DNA of 64,000 nt, taken from contig CAZUMS010000004.1 of NCBI GenBank assembly GCA_964621525.1, positions 22,061 to 86,060 of the forward strand, in the 5' to 3' direction. The notes below the pieces were generated by a model. It was not told the DNA's origin and did not search any database. It worked only from the letters and a program-made list of their open reading frames with translations. Both the position numbers and the translations under genes were made by a program. Below are positions 49,380 to 58,321 of this stretch, piece by piece (the first letter of the stretch is position 1; every line of letters starts with the position of its first letter). Origin of the DNA: an uncultured bacterium. Its GTDB lineage: Bacteria; JAGRBM01; JAHCIT01.

Positions 49380-50207
49380 TTAGCGGGCCTCGCACTCGAG
49401 CTCGACTTCGAACTCTTCGTCCGTGCCGCCAACGGCGCTGACGCTGACCACAGCCGTCGTCGTGCCGTCGTACTCGACCGAAATCTCGAACGCCGAGGGG
49501 ACTCCCAGCGTGAACGTGCCATCCGGGCAGGTGCCGTCGCCGCAGGTCGAGAACTCGTCATAAGTACCGGTGAAGGGGACATCGACCGGGGAGGCATCCA
49601 GTTCCGGAGCATCCAGCGTCACGAGCACTTCGCCATTGATCGTCGAGCAGGGGTCATCAACAAGAATGTCGTACTGACCGTCCGTCGTAGAAGAGGCCTC
49701 ACCAAACACCACTTCCGTATCGGAGGAAACATCCCATTCGTCGCTATCCACATAGGTGGCCAACGTCGTAATGGTGATCTCCACGCCGAACTGACCCACA
49801 AGGGTTTCCGTCGTCTCGAACGCGACCGTGGGGAAACTGCCACCCGTGAACGTCACTTCAAGTGTTCCGGACTCGATATTCGGCAGGAACTCGTCGCACG
49901 GGAAGGTGATTGTCACCACTTCGCCCTCAGCGCTTGCGCAATCGCCGACCGAAGCAGCATAACCGCCTGCCGCATCACCTGCGGTTTTTGTTGAAGCCGG
50001 AATAGAGAAATCCCCGCTATCGACCAGCGAGATGAGGGCCGCTTCGGTCTCCGCACCCTGGCTTGCGCCGAGCGCCGAGTCGGCAAGGCCGTTGCCCGTG
50101 CCGCCGCTACCGCCGTCGCTGCCGCAGGCGGCGGAGCCCATGGCGAGGCCCAGCGAGATCGCGCCCATCGCGAGTCCCTTGATGAACAGTTCTTTGGAAA
50201 TCTTCAT
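49380..50207 (-). CDS. acidic secreted lipoprotein of unknown function
   Basis: Lipobox GSAAC. Very acidic Thr/Ser/Gly/Asp/Glu-rich 275 aa with several Cys pairs. AGGAG RBS. Own terminator. Confidence 0.5.
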   Translation of the reverse strand: MKISKELFIKGLAMGAISLGLAMGSAACGSDGGSGGTGNGLADSALGASQGAETEAALISLVDSGDFSIPASTKTAGDAAGGYAASVGDCASAEGEVVTITFPCDEFLPNIESGTLEVTFTGGSFPTVAFETTETLVGQFGVEITITTLATYVDSDEWDVSSDTEVVFGEASSTTDGQYDILVDDPCSTINGEVLVTLDAPELDASPVDVPFTGTYDEFSTCGDGTCPDGTFTLGVPSAFEISVEYDGTTTAVVSVSAVGGTDEEFEVELECEAR

Positions 50208-50379
50208 TATGTTGTCACTCCTGTCTGGCCGGAACGGTGGAGCCCCGGCCGGGCTCCATCGCCCGGTTGCTGCTTCTTTGTGTGTTTCTCGCGGACGGCG
50301 GCCGGAACCGGCCGCCGCACCCCTTCGATTTCGGGGCTGAACTTAGTTCGGTTTCACCGTCCTGTGAAGTGAGGGAAAT

Positions 50380-50411
50380 CACGAAACCCGAAAGAACGGA
50401 AAAATCCGTTC
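50380..50411 (-). terminator. rho-independent terminator after GT2 gene
   Basis: GAACGGA-tttt-TCCGTTC followed on the minus strand by TTTCGGGTTTCG. Confidence 0.5.
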
Positions 50412-50470
50412 TCTCCCGGTTCTTTGAGGACGGTAGAATCTGTGGAATGGTTCAAATTGGGACAAAGCCG

Positions 50471-51235
50471 TCAGGGTTTCGGGAGCCGCCGCCCATCTGA
50501 AGAGAACCGGGGCGACTGCGACAGCCCCCAGCGGTTCATCCGGAACTCCATCGCCGTGCCGAGCACGCCGAAACCGTATTTCACCGACCGGCTGAAAGAG
50601 ATCGAAGAGGCATCCTCGAAATAGAGCGTGGGACAGGTAACCTCGCAGATGTCGAAGCCGAAATAGATCGCCTGCGCAAGCATCTGGTTGTCGAACACGA
50701 AGTCGTCGGAGTTTTCCTCGAGCGGCAGCGTTTCGAGCAGTTCGCGGCTGAACGCCCGGTAGCCCGTGTGGTACTCCGACAGTTTGTAGTTCACGACGAT
50801 ATTCTCGGAGAGCGTCAGCATCCGGTTGAAGACATATTTGTAGAACGGCATCCCGCCCCGGCGCGCCCCGGTGCCGAGAATTCTGGAACCAAGGACGCAG
50901 TGGTAGAGCCCGTAGGCGATGGGAGCGACCATCGCCGGCAGCAGCTTTGGTGTGTACTGGTAGTCGGGGTGGACCATGACCACCACATCCGCGCCGCGCT
51001 TCAGTGCCTCGGTGTAGCAGGTCTTCTGGTTGCCGCCGTAGCCCCGGTTCCTCGGGTGCTTGATGCAGGGGAGTCCGAGTTCTTTCGCCCGCTGCACGGT
51101 TCCGTCGGGGGAGTTGTCGTCCACCACGATGATCTCGTCCACGATCTCCCGGGGGACCTCGGCGACGGTACGTTCCAGCGTCTTTTCGGCATTGTAGGCC
51201 GGCATCACGCAGACGATCTTCTTGCCGTTCATCAT
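50471..51235 (-). CDS. family-2 glycosyltransferase, Dpm1/polyprenol-phosphate sugar transferase-like
   Basis: IVCVMPAYNAEKTL ... IIVVDDNSPDGT ... VVVMVHPD motifs. Start MMNGKK at about 51235. The track ORFs 50471..51316 and 50379..51311 overlap in different frames. Confidence 0.75.
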   Translation of the reverse strand: MMNGKKIVCVMPAYNAEKTLERTVAEVPREIVDEIIVVDDNSPDGTVQRAKELGLPCIKHPRNRGYGGNQKTCYTEALKRGADVVVMVHPDYQYTPKLLPAMVAPIAYGLYHCVLGSRILGTGARRGGMPFYKYVFNRMLTLSENIVVNYKLSEYHTGYRAFSRELLETLPLEENSDDFVFDNQMLAQAIYFGFDICEVTCPTLYFEDASSISFSRSVKYGFGVLGTAMEFRMNRWGLSQSPRFSSDGRRLPKP

Positions 51236-51371
51236 AGGACGCGCAGGATAGACGGCGGCAGCCGGGAGAGAAAAGACGGGGCAGACAGAACCTCCATCTA
51301 TCCACAGCCAACTCACAGGCCGGATTTTTCCTGTTGTGACCGGTAATGGGCGATGCTACTCACGGAGTCCG

Positions 51372-52187
51372 ATGAGCGAGAGCACCGCCGGAGAATTCGA
51401 GAGCGAGTTCGATTACGAACTCGAACTGCCCCTGTTCGAGGGGCCGCTCGATCTCCTGCTGTTCCTCGTCCAGAAAAACCGCATCAACATTTTCGACATC
51501 AAGATCTCCGTCATCACCGAGCAGTACCTTCAGATGATCGACCTGATGAAGGAACTGAACATCGACATGGCGGGCGAGTTCCTCGCCATGGCGGCCGAGC
51601 TCGCCCGGATCAAGTCGAAAATGCTCGTGCCGGTTGATGAGGCGGACGAGGAAGCCGAGGCCGAGCCCCCCTGGGCCGAACTCCAGCGGCGGCTGATCGA
51701 GTACCAGCGGTTCAAGGAAGCGGCCATCGGGCTCGGCAAGCGGGACATCCTGGGCCGCGACGTGTTCGTGCGCGAGCTGCCGAGCGACGACCGGCCCGAG
51801 CCGGCTGAAGAGACCATCGCCCCCATCGACTTCACGGCGATGCTCCGGGCCCTGCGCAAGGTGCTGGAACGCCTGCCCGAGCAGAACCTCAAGGAAGTGG
51901 CGCGCGAGGAGATCACGATCCGCGCCCGCGTGATGGAGATGATCGACGAGCTGCGCCGGACGGGGCGGCGGAAGTTCACCTCCCTGTTCGACAGCGACCG
52001 CACGCGAAAGCGCGTCGTCATCACGTTCCTCGCCGTACTGGAGCTCGCCAAGCTCCGCATGATCCGGATCGAACCGGTGCAGGGCGAGGACGAATTCATC
52101 GTCGAGCCGAGGGAAACGCTCGACCCCGCGAAGGCGTCGGAAATGCTCGGCAGTATCGAAGGCAGCGAAGGCGGATACCGTGGCTAA
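51372..52187 (+). CDS. scpA: segregation and condensation protein A
   Basis: LELPLFEGPLDLLLFLVQKNRINIFDIKISVITEQYL is the ScpA N-terminal signature. Start ATG 51372. Confidence 0.85.
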   Translation: MSESTAGEFESEFDYELELPLFEGPLDLLLFLVQKNRINIFDIKISVITEQYLQMIDLMKELNIDMAGEFLAMAAELARIKSKMLVPVDEADEEAEAEPPWAELQRRLIEYQRFKEAAIGLGKRDILGRDVFVRELPSDDRPEPAEETIAPIDFTAMLRALRKVLERLPEQNLKEVAREEITIRARVMEMIDELRRTGRRKFTSLFDSDRTRKRVVITFLAVLELAKLRMIRIEPVQGEDEFIVEPRETLDPAKASEMLGSIEGSEGGYRG

Positions 52188-53028
52188 CGACCGTAAGAAG
52201 AAGACCGGCCCCGCGCCGGAGGAACAGGCGGCAGAGGCGGAAGCCCCCGTGGAGATCGAGAAACCGGAGGCCGCATTGGCCGAAGGTGAATCCGGCGACG
52301 ATACCGCCGCCCCGCGCCAGAAGCTGCCGCCCGAACGGCTCCGTTCCATCGTGGAAAGCCTCCTGTTCGTGAATGGACGCCCCATGACCGCAAAGGATCT
52401 GGCGGCGGCGATCCCCGAAGTCACGAAGAAGGAACTGGAAAAGCTTCTCGCCGCCTGGGTGAAGGAAGATGTCGAGGCCGGGCGCGGCATCCGCATCGTC
52501 TCCGTTGCCACCGGCTACCAGGTGCGCACGATCCCCGAGAACGCCGCGTGGATCCGGCGGCTCTCCGGCACCCGGCTGTTCCGGCTCACGCAGCCCGCTC
52601 TCGAGGTGCTCTCCATCACCGCCTACAAGCAGCCCGTCACCCGTGCCGAGATCGACGAGATCCGAGGCGTCGATTCGAGCGCCACGATCCGCGCCCTCCA
52701 GGAGCGCAAGTTCCTCCGCATCGTCGGCACCAAGGAAGTCCCGGGCCATCCGTCACTGCTCGGCACGACGCCGGAGTTCCTCGAGTTCTTCGGGCTCGAA
52801 TCGCTCGAACAGATGCCGCCACTCAGGGAGATCCTCGAACAGAAGTCCGAGGCCATCGAGGAGCCAGCCGGAGAGCCCGTGGGCCCCTTCGGCAGCCAGA
52901 TCACGAGCCAGGGGCTCTCCTTCGCCGATCTCGAAGCCCGGCTTCCGCCCATGCCCGACCTCGATGAGGAAGAGGACGAACCTTCCGGCGGCGGGACGCC
53001 GCCCCCGGATGCTCCCCCGGTTTCGTGA
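52180..53028 (+). CDS. scpB: segregation and condensation protein B
   Basis: Twin winged-helix ScpB (IVESLLFVNGRPMTAKDLA ... LEVLSITAYKQPVTRAEIDEIRGV). 8 bp overlap with scpA. Confidence 0.85.
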   Translation: MANDRKKKTGPAPEEQAAEAEAPVEIEKPEAALAEGESGDDTAAPRQKLPPERLRSIVESLLFVNGRPMTAKDLAAAIPEVTKKELEKLLAAWVKEDVEAGRGIRIVSVATGYQVRTIPENAAWIRRLSGTRLFRLTQPALEVLSITAYKQPVTRAEIDEIRGVDSSATIRALQERKFLRIVGTKEVPGHPSLLGTTPEFLEFFGLESLEQMPPLREILEQKSEAIEEPAGEPVGPFGSQITSQGLSFADLEARLPPMPDLDEEEDEPSGGGTPPPDAPPVS

Positions 53029-53065
53029 CTGGCCGGGGACTCCTCCGCGCGGCTAGGGTCCGGCT

Positions 53066-54736
53066 GTGACCCCGCGCCGGAAAATCATCTTCGGTCTCGC
53101 CCTGCTGGCGTTGCCGCACGTTCTCTATGAACTCAGGGTCAGCCTGATCTCGGCCGCTTCCGTGCTGCCGCCGGTCACCGGCGATATCGTGCCGGTCCCG
53201 GCGCTCGGAGCCGCCGGACTCCACTGGCAGGTGGCGCTGCTCTCAAACCTTCCGTTCATCCTGTTCACGGTGTTCTGCTTCGCGGGAGCATGCCTCATCG
53301 GCTCGCGGCTCTTTACCTGGGGCATCCGGCCCGAAGGTTTTGAGACGCGCCCCTGGACTGAATCGACCGCCGACTTCAGCTTCGCCCTCGCCGTCGGATT
53401 CCACGTCACCCTCATGGGACCGCAGACGCCGTGGCTTCGCACGGGCGGACACCCCGCCTGGGCGCTGGTGCCGGGGTTCCTCTCCGCCCTCGGCGTCTGG
53501 CTCGCGGTGCGCCCCCCGTCGCCCGTCACCGCACCCGACGACGCGCCAGCCCCGCCTGTTCCAGCAGACGCGCCCCCGCCCCTCCTTCAGCTTCCGCTGC
53601 TGATTCTCCTCGGCGGCCTCCTCTCCATGCCGGTCATCCGGCTCATCGCCGAAACCCACGGTGCCTGGCATCTGGAAACGAGAATCAGGCTCGCGGCGGA
53701 TCCCGGCCTTGCCATCTGGCCTGCAATTGCCGGAAGATCGATGCTTCTCATCCTCTGGACAACGGGCCTCCTGCTTACGCTCTGGCGGGCGGCTCTCCGC
53801 GACTGGAAGGGCGCAGCACTCGCGGCGGGATTCATCGTCCTTTCAGGGGGAGGGGCGGCGGCGATGGCTCCCGGATTCCGCCCCACGGCGGGTTCCGTGG
53901 GCAGGGATTCCATCGGCGGCGTCGCGCTCAAGGAGCCCGAGAACCGTACGCTCGTCCTCCTCCACGACGAAGACGACGTTGAAAAGCGCATTACGGCACG
54001 GGTACTGCCCGCCGCCGTGTGGAGCTCGCTGCTCCAGATGCCGCTGCCGCCCATCGATCCCATCCGGTTCCGGCCCGACGGAGGCAGTGAGATGCGTCCC
54101 GCTGTCACCGATATCCTGCCTTCCAGCGCTGCCGTGAACGTGCTTCCCGAGACGCTCGACCGGGGATTGTGGTTCAAATGCTCGGAGCTTCACCGGGCCG
54201 CCGCCTGCGAGCAGCTTCTCGCGCGAATATCCCATGGGCTTCGCCACCCGGATTATGACGGCTGGCTCGCGGCATTTCTGGATGAAAACCGGTTTCGCCT
54301 TTCGGAGGGAGCCAAGGCGAAGATCGAGGCGGCTCTCGACCGTCAGACCGGTACGGAGCAGGCGCGGATCGAAGTCCGGGTGATGCCGGCCGGGATGAAG
54401 CCTGAAGGTGCCGTCCTGTTCGCCCTGGAAGAGGGCGATCAGCTCCCGCCGGACGGAGCGGGCACGGACGCCTGGATGTCGTTCGTCGAACGGAATCTGG
54501 TCGCCCGGGTGCCCATGGCTGCCGGAAGTCACGAACCGGCGGTGTTCGAGAATATCCCGCCGGGACGCTATGTGGCAGGACTTCTCGTCAGGACCGGCGC
54601 CGCCCGGTACGTCATCGAACAGGGAAACCCCATCGGTCCGTTCGACGTGGGACCCGGTTCGGTGACCCTGCCCCCCGTTGCTCTCGGCGTGCGGGCGCTG
54701 AACGGCTCCATCGGCGTGCCTGCTACCGGCCCATGA
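53066..54736 (+). CDS. hypothetical polytopic membrane protein with large C-terminal soluble domain
   Basis: 556 aa. N-terminal half has at least 6 TM helices. C-terminal 280 aa are soluble. No recognisable motif. Follows scpB by 37 bp. Confidence 0.45.
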   Translation: MTPRRKIIFGLALLALPHVLYELRVSLISAASVLPPVTGDIVPVPALGAAGLHWQVALLSNLPFILFTVFCFAGACLIGSRLFTWGIRPEGFETRPWTESTADFSFALAVGFHVTLMGPQTPWLRTGGHPAWALVPGFLSALGVWLAVRPPSPVTAPDDAPAPPVPADAPPPLLQLPLLILLGGLLSMPVIRLIAETHGAWHLETRIRLAADPGLAIWPAIAGRSMLLILWTTGLLLTLWRAALRDWKGAALAAGFIVLSGGGAAAMAPGFRPTAGSVGRDSIGGVALKEPENRTLVLLHDEDDVEKRITARVLPAAVWSSLLQMPLPPIDPIRFRPDGGSEMRPAVTDILPSSAAVNVLPETLDRGLWFKCSELHRAAACEQLLARISHGLRHPDYDGWLAAFLDENRFRLSEGAKAKIEAALDRQTGTEQARIEVRVMPAGMKPEGAVLFALEEGDQLPPDGAGTDAWMSFVERNLVARVPMAAGSHEPAVFENIPPGRYVAGLLVRTGAARYVIEQGNPIGPFDVGPGSVTLPPVALGVRALNGSIGVPATGP

Positions 54737-54852
54737 CGGGAAGTCCCCCTCGTCCCCCGAGTCCGATTGAATCTCCCGGCCCGGCCCGTTAGGAAACCGC
54801 CGGAACTCCGGCAGACCCCGGGACGGGCGGCCGGACCCAAGGAACCACGACC

Positions 54853-55776
54853 ATGGCACAGGACCGCTTACGCTTTTTCCGTCAGGCACGGCTCGGACCG
54901 GGTGAGATCGCCCGCGTGCGCCCGCTGACGCGGGACAACGGCACGTCGATCATTCTCCCCTACGACCAGTTCATCGAGCACGACTGCCGCCACTTCGAGG
55001 CGGAGAGCGACGCCGGCAACCCTGACTACATCATGGAGCTCGGCACGGATCTCGGCTTCAACGCCGTGGCCGTCCACTACGGGATCGCCCGGCGCTACTG
55101 GACCAAGACCGAGGGACGGATCCCGCTCATCGTGAAGGTGAACGGCAAGACCTCGATCCCCTCCGATGCCCAGGCCCTCTCCACGGCGACGTCGTTCGTG
55201 GAAGACGCCGTGCGGATCGGCGCCACCGGTATCGGCTATACGCTTTATTACGGCTCGCCCCGGCAGGACGAGGACCTTCCGCAGCTCGCCGCCGTGCGCC
55301 GCGAGTGCGAGCGCTACGGCCTGCCGCTCATCGTGTGGGCTTACCCCCGCGGGGAGGCGATCGACGCCAAGGGCGGCAAGGAGACTTCCTACGCACTGGA
55401 GTCGGCGGCGCGGCTCGCCATGGAGATGGGCGCGACCGTCGTGAAGAGCAACCTTCCGAAGGCGGCGAAGCCCGACTTCCTCAAGAACGAGAAGGTGCCC
55501 AAGTACTATCGCGAGCTGGAAGAACAGCTCCAGAAGATGGACCCGGCCGCCCAGGCGACCGAACGCGCCCGCCGCGTCGTGAAGGCTTCCACCGGAATCC
55601 CGGTGCTCTTCTCCGGCGGCGAAGGAACCTCCGCCGAGACCGTCGTGATGAACGCCACAGCCTGCGTGAACGGCGGCTGTTTCGGCTTCATCATCGGCCG
55701 CAACATGTGGAAGCGCACCAAGCCCGAAGCCAGGAAGATCGTCGACCAGCTCACCGCCCTGCTCGACAAGGCGTGA
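54853..55776 (+). CDS. class I fructose-bisphosphate aldolase (DhnA/FbaB, DeoC-LacD superfamily)
   Basis: 307 aa TIM-barrel-type aldolase with the Schiff-base Lys region (IVKVNGKTS) and GYTLYYGS. Followed by a strong terminator. Confidence 0.6.
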   Translation: MAQDRLRFFRQARLGPGEIARVRPLTRDNGTSIILPYDQFIEHDCRHFEAESDAGNPDYIMELGTDLGFNAVAVHYGIARRYWTKTEGRIPLIVKVNGKTSIPSDAQALSTATSFVEDAVRIGATGIGYTLYYGSPRQDEDLPQLAAVRRECERYGLPLIVWAYPRGEAIDAKGGKETSYALESAARLAMEMGATVVKSNLPKAAKPDFLKNEKVPKYYRELEEQLQKMDPAAQATERARRVVKASTGIPVLFSGGEGTSAETVVMNATACVNGGCFGFIIGRNMWKRTKPEARKIVDQLTALLDKA

Positions 55777-55811
55777 TGCAGTTCACGTCATGACCGGACT
55801 CCGTACCGGAA

Positions 55812-55846
55812 AGGGCCGCCCCCTCGGGGGGCGGCCCTTTCTGTTT
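55812..55846 (+). terminator. rho-independent terminator after aldolase gene
   Basis: GGGCCGCCCC-ctc-GGGGGCGGCCC followed by TTTCTGTTT. Confidence 0.7.
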
Positions 55847-55879
55847 ACAACTGGTTATCGCCTTGGCCACGTTTCCGGC

Positions 55880-55885
55880 TATAAT
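55880..55885 (+). promoter_or_regulatory. candidate -10 box (TATAAT) for the Lon-N-domain gene
   Basis: Perfect TATAAT 62 nt upstream of the ATG at 55948. No convincing -35 at 17 bp spacing. Confidence 0.25.
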
Positions 55886-55947
55886 AGTCTTTGAGGAACG
55901 GAGAAGGAGAGATTGAGGCGGACCATGACCTCTCAAGGAGGACCGCG

Positions 55948-56610
55948 ATGATCTCGGCGATACCTGACGTAATTCCGATCTTCCCCCTGCCGGAGACGGT
56001 GCTTCTGCCGTCCGAAATCCTGCCGCTTCACATTTTCGAGCCCCGTTACCGCGATATGGTTCGGGACAGCCTGGAGTCGCACCGCGTGATCGGCATGGTG
56101 ATGCTGCAACCGGGCTACGAAAAGCTCTACAACGGAGCCCCGCCGGTTCATCCCGTCGGCTGCGCGGGACTCATTGCCCGCCACCAGGAACTCGCCGACG
56201 GCCGGTTCCTGATCTGGCTGCTCGGCATCGAGAAGTTCCGCATCAGCCGGGAGCTTGCGGCACCGACGCTCTACCGGCAGGTGGAGATCGACCATCAGTT
56301 CATGAAATTTTCCGGCGAGGAACTCGCCAGCATCCAGGCGATCCGCCGAGACCTGCTGGAGGCCCTGCCCCGCTTCATCGACCCGAAAGTCGCCGCCGAA
56401 AACGAGCTGGACGAAAAGCTCGTCAAGCTGGACGACGGGCAGTTCGTCGCCGTGGCGGCGCAGATCCTGGGGATTTCGGGCGGGGAAAAACAGACGCTGC
56501 TCGAAGCCGACACCATCGTCGACCGGTACCTGTACCTGCATGAGCAGCTCCAGCTCCGGCACAAGGACATGCCGGGCATCTTTCAGGTCGATCCGGACAA
56601 GCTGAACTGA
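55948..56610 (+). CDS. stand-alone Lon N-terminal (LON substrate-binding) domain protein
   Basis: IPIFPLPETVLLPSEILPLHIFEPRYRDMV ... is the Lon N-domain fold. 220 aa with no ATPase or protease domain. GGAGGA RBS. Confidence 0.75.
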   Translation: MISAIPDVIPIFPLPETVLLPSEILPLHIFEPRYRDMVRDSLESHRVIGMVMLQPGYEKLYNGAPPVHPVGCAGLIARHQELADGRFLIWLLGIEKFRISRELAAPTLYRQVEIDHQFMKFSGEELASIQAIRRDLLEALPRFIDPKVAAENELDEKLVKLDDGQFVAVAAQILGISGGEKQTLLEADTIVDRYLYLHEQLQLRHKDMPGIFQVDPDKLN

Positions 56611-56622
56611 AACAGGAAGCCG

Positions 56623-57513
56623 TCAGGCTGCCTGACGGAGCGGCGGTTCGCCGCCCGAAGGCGTCTCGGCCGGATCTCCGGATTTCTTCCGCCGGCGGGC
56701 GAGCGTGAGCGCCGCGATCACCGCGCTCGTGAGAATGAGCGCCGCTCCAACCAAGAACCTGAACCCCGGCCGGTCCCCGAATACGCCCCAGGCAAACACG
56801 GCCGCGAATGCCGTCGTCGTCACCGTGACGATGGAACCTTCGGTGGCGCCAACGTAAAGCAGCGCATGGTTCAGGAGTAGCTGGGCCGCCGCCGACGAGG
56901 TCCCGAGCAGAAGAATCCAGCCCAGATCTCCGGCTGCCGGTGCCCGGACCTCGCCGCCGCCGACGGCCATGCCGAGAAGGCCGATCACGATGCCCCCCAG
57001 ACACATGGAAGCGAAGGTCGCCTGCGCCGTGTCGGTGAAGCGGGCCTTCTCGATCACGACGAGCGCCGCTCCGGCACACGCCGCCGAGGCGATGCCGAAC
57101 AGGGCGCCGGAGGAGAGGTGCCCTGCCTCGGGGCCCGCAACCACGGCCATTCCCGCGAATGAAACGGCGAGCAGGACAAGCAGCCGCCACGATAACGTCA
57201 CGGTACCGATCACCAGACCTGTCACCAGCGCGAACAGCGGGTAGGAGTTGTTCAGCAGCGTCGCCGTCGCCGTATCGGTGAGGCGGATGCAGGTGAAATA
57301 ACAGATGACCGCCACCGCCCCGAGCACGCCGCGCAGCACGAGGAGAGGCCGGTTCACGAACCGGAGCGGGAGCACATCGGCAAAATGCAGCGCCAGCAGG
57401 ATCCCAAGCCCGATAGCGAAACGAAGGAACGTCGTTTCCGATGGGCTGTAGTCCCGGAGTGCCCGCACGCTCACGGCCATCCAGGCGAAGGCGAAACTGG
57501 ACAGAAAGAGCAT
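56623..57513 (-). CDS. EamA/DMT family transporter
   Basis: Ten predicted TM helices in two EamA repeats. Start uncertain (GTG 57639 per track, or ATG near 57513). Confidence 0.65.
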   Translation of the reverse strand: MLFLSSFAFAWMAVSVRALRDYSPSETTFLRFAIGLGILLALHFADVLPLRFVNRPLLVLRGVLGAVAVICYFTCIRLTDTATATLLNNSYPLFALVTGLVIGTVTLSWRLLVLLAVSFAGMAVVAGPEAGHLSSGALFGIASAACAGAALVVIEKARFTDTAQATFASMCLGGIVIGLLGMAVGGGEVRAPAAGDLGWILLLGTSSAAAQLLLNHALLYVGATEGSIVTVTTTAFAAVFAWGVFGDRPGFRFLVGAALILTSAVIAALTLARRRKKSGDPAETPSGGEPPLRQAA

Positions 57514-57698
57514 GGAGGGACCGCTCTGGAGCAGCCGTCCGAACAGGCTCCCGGGGGCCGGGGGCCGATCAATCTCGACGGAGACGGTGGGAGCATTCAC
57601 TTTAAGGTATGGGCTCTTGCCAGCCGGAAGACCGGTCACCTGCCGGAATGGGGGATCGCTTCCGGAGGCTCGAAAACAGCTTAATTTCGGGGGTTTAA

Positions 57699-57715
57699 CG
57701 GGTCAAATTGACCCG
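57699..57715. promoter_or_regulatory. 17 bp perfect palindrome CGGGTCAA-A-TTGACCCG in the divergent EamA / dksA-like intergenic region
   Basis: Seen directly. 8 bp arms around a single central A. Candidate dimeric transcription-factor operator. Confidence 0.35.
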
Positions 57716-57882
57716 GTTCCCTTCAGCGGGGGCTGTACTCCGCCGGAGTGCGTCAAAGAATCCTCCGCTGTCCCGTCACAGGGCCGTCCGGGAAAACCGT
57801 TGCATACCTTCCCGGCCAGTAGTACAAAGTCGGGCCCTGCCCGGCCCGACCGGGCGGGGACTCAAGGGAGAGCCTGATCCCA

Positions 57883-58272
57883 ATGGCCAAGTCAGAGTCG
57901 ACCAAGCTCAACAAGACCGAACAGAAGAAGTTCACGGAACTGCTCGAATCCGAGCGGCAGCGCATCATCCAGCTCGCCGCCGACGCCACCGACGACGAGA
58001 AGAACTCGACGACGGACGACCTCCAGGACGAGGTCGATGTGGCCACTAACGAAGTAAACAAGGCGATCGTCCACAAGCTCCGGGACCGTGAACGGACCCT
58101 GCTATCCAAGATCGACCTCGCCATCGAGCGTCTGAACAAGGGCACCTACAACACCTGCGAGTCCTGCGGTGGCCCCATCGGCGTGAAGCGGCTCGAGGCC
58201 CGGCCGGTGACGACCCTCTGCATCACCTGCAAGGAAGAACAGGAACGCGGCGAGCGCGACGTCGCCAGCTGA
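57883..58272 (+). CDS. DksA/TraR-family C4 zinc-finger RNA polymerase-binding protein
   Basis: Coiled-coil N-terminal and C-terminal CESCGGPI ... CITC zinc finger. Confidence 0.8.
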   Translation: MAKSESTKLNKTEQKKFTELLESERQRIIQLAADATDDEKNSTTDDLQDEVDVATNEVNKAIVHKLRDRERTLLSKIDLAIERLNKGTYNTCESCGGPIGVKRLEARPVTTLCITCKEEQERGERDVAS

Positions 58273-58321
58273 AACGCCTTTTCGACCGGAACCGTCTGCG
58301 GCCGCTCGTCCCCCATAACGG

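Noticed and set aside
55853-55885. Full sigma-70 promoter call for the Lon-N-domain gene.
   Set aside because: Only the -10 TATAAT is convincing. No -35 is acceptable at 16-18 bp spacing, so it is reported only as a low-confidence -10 box.
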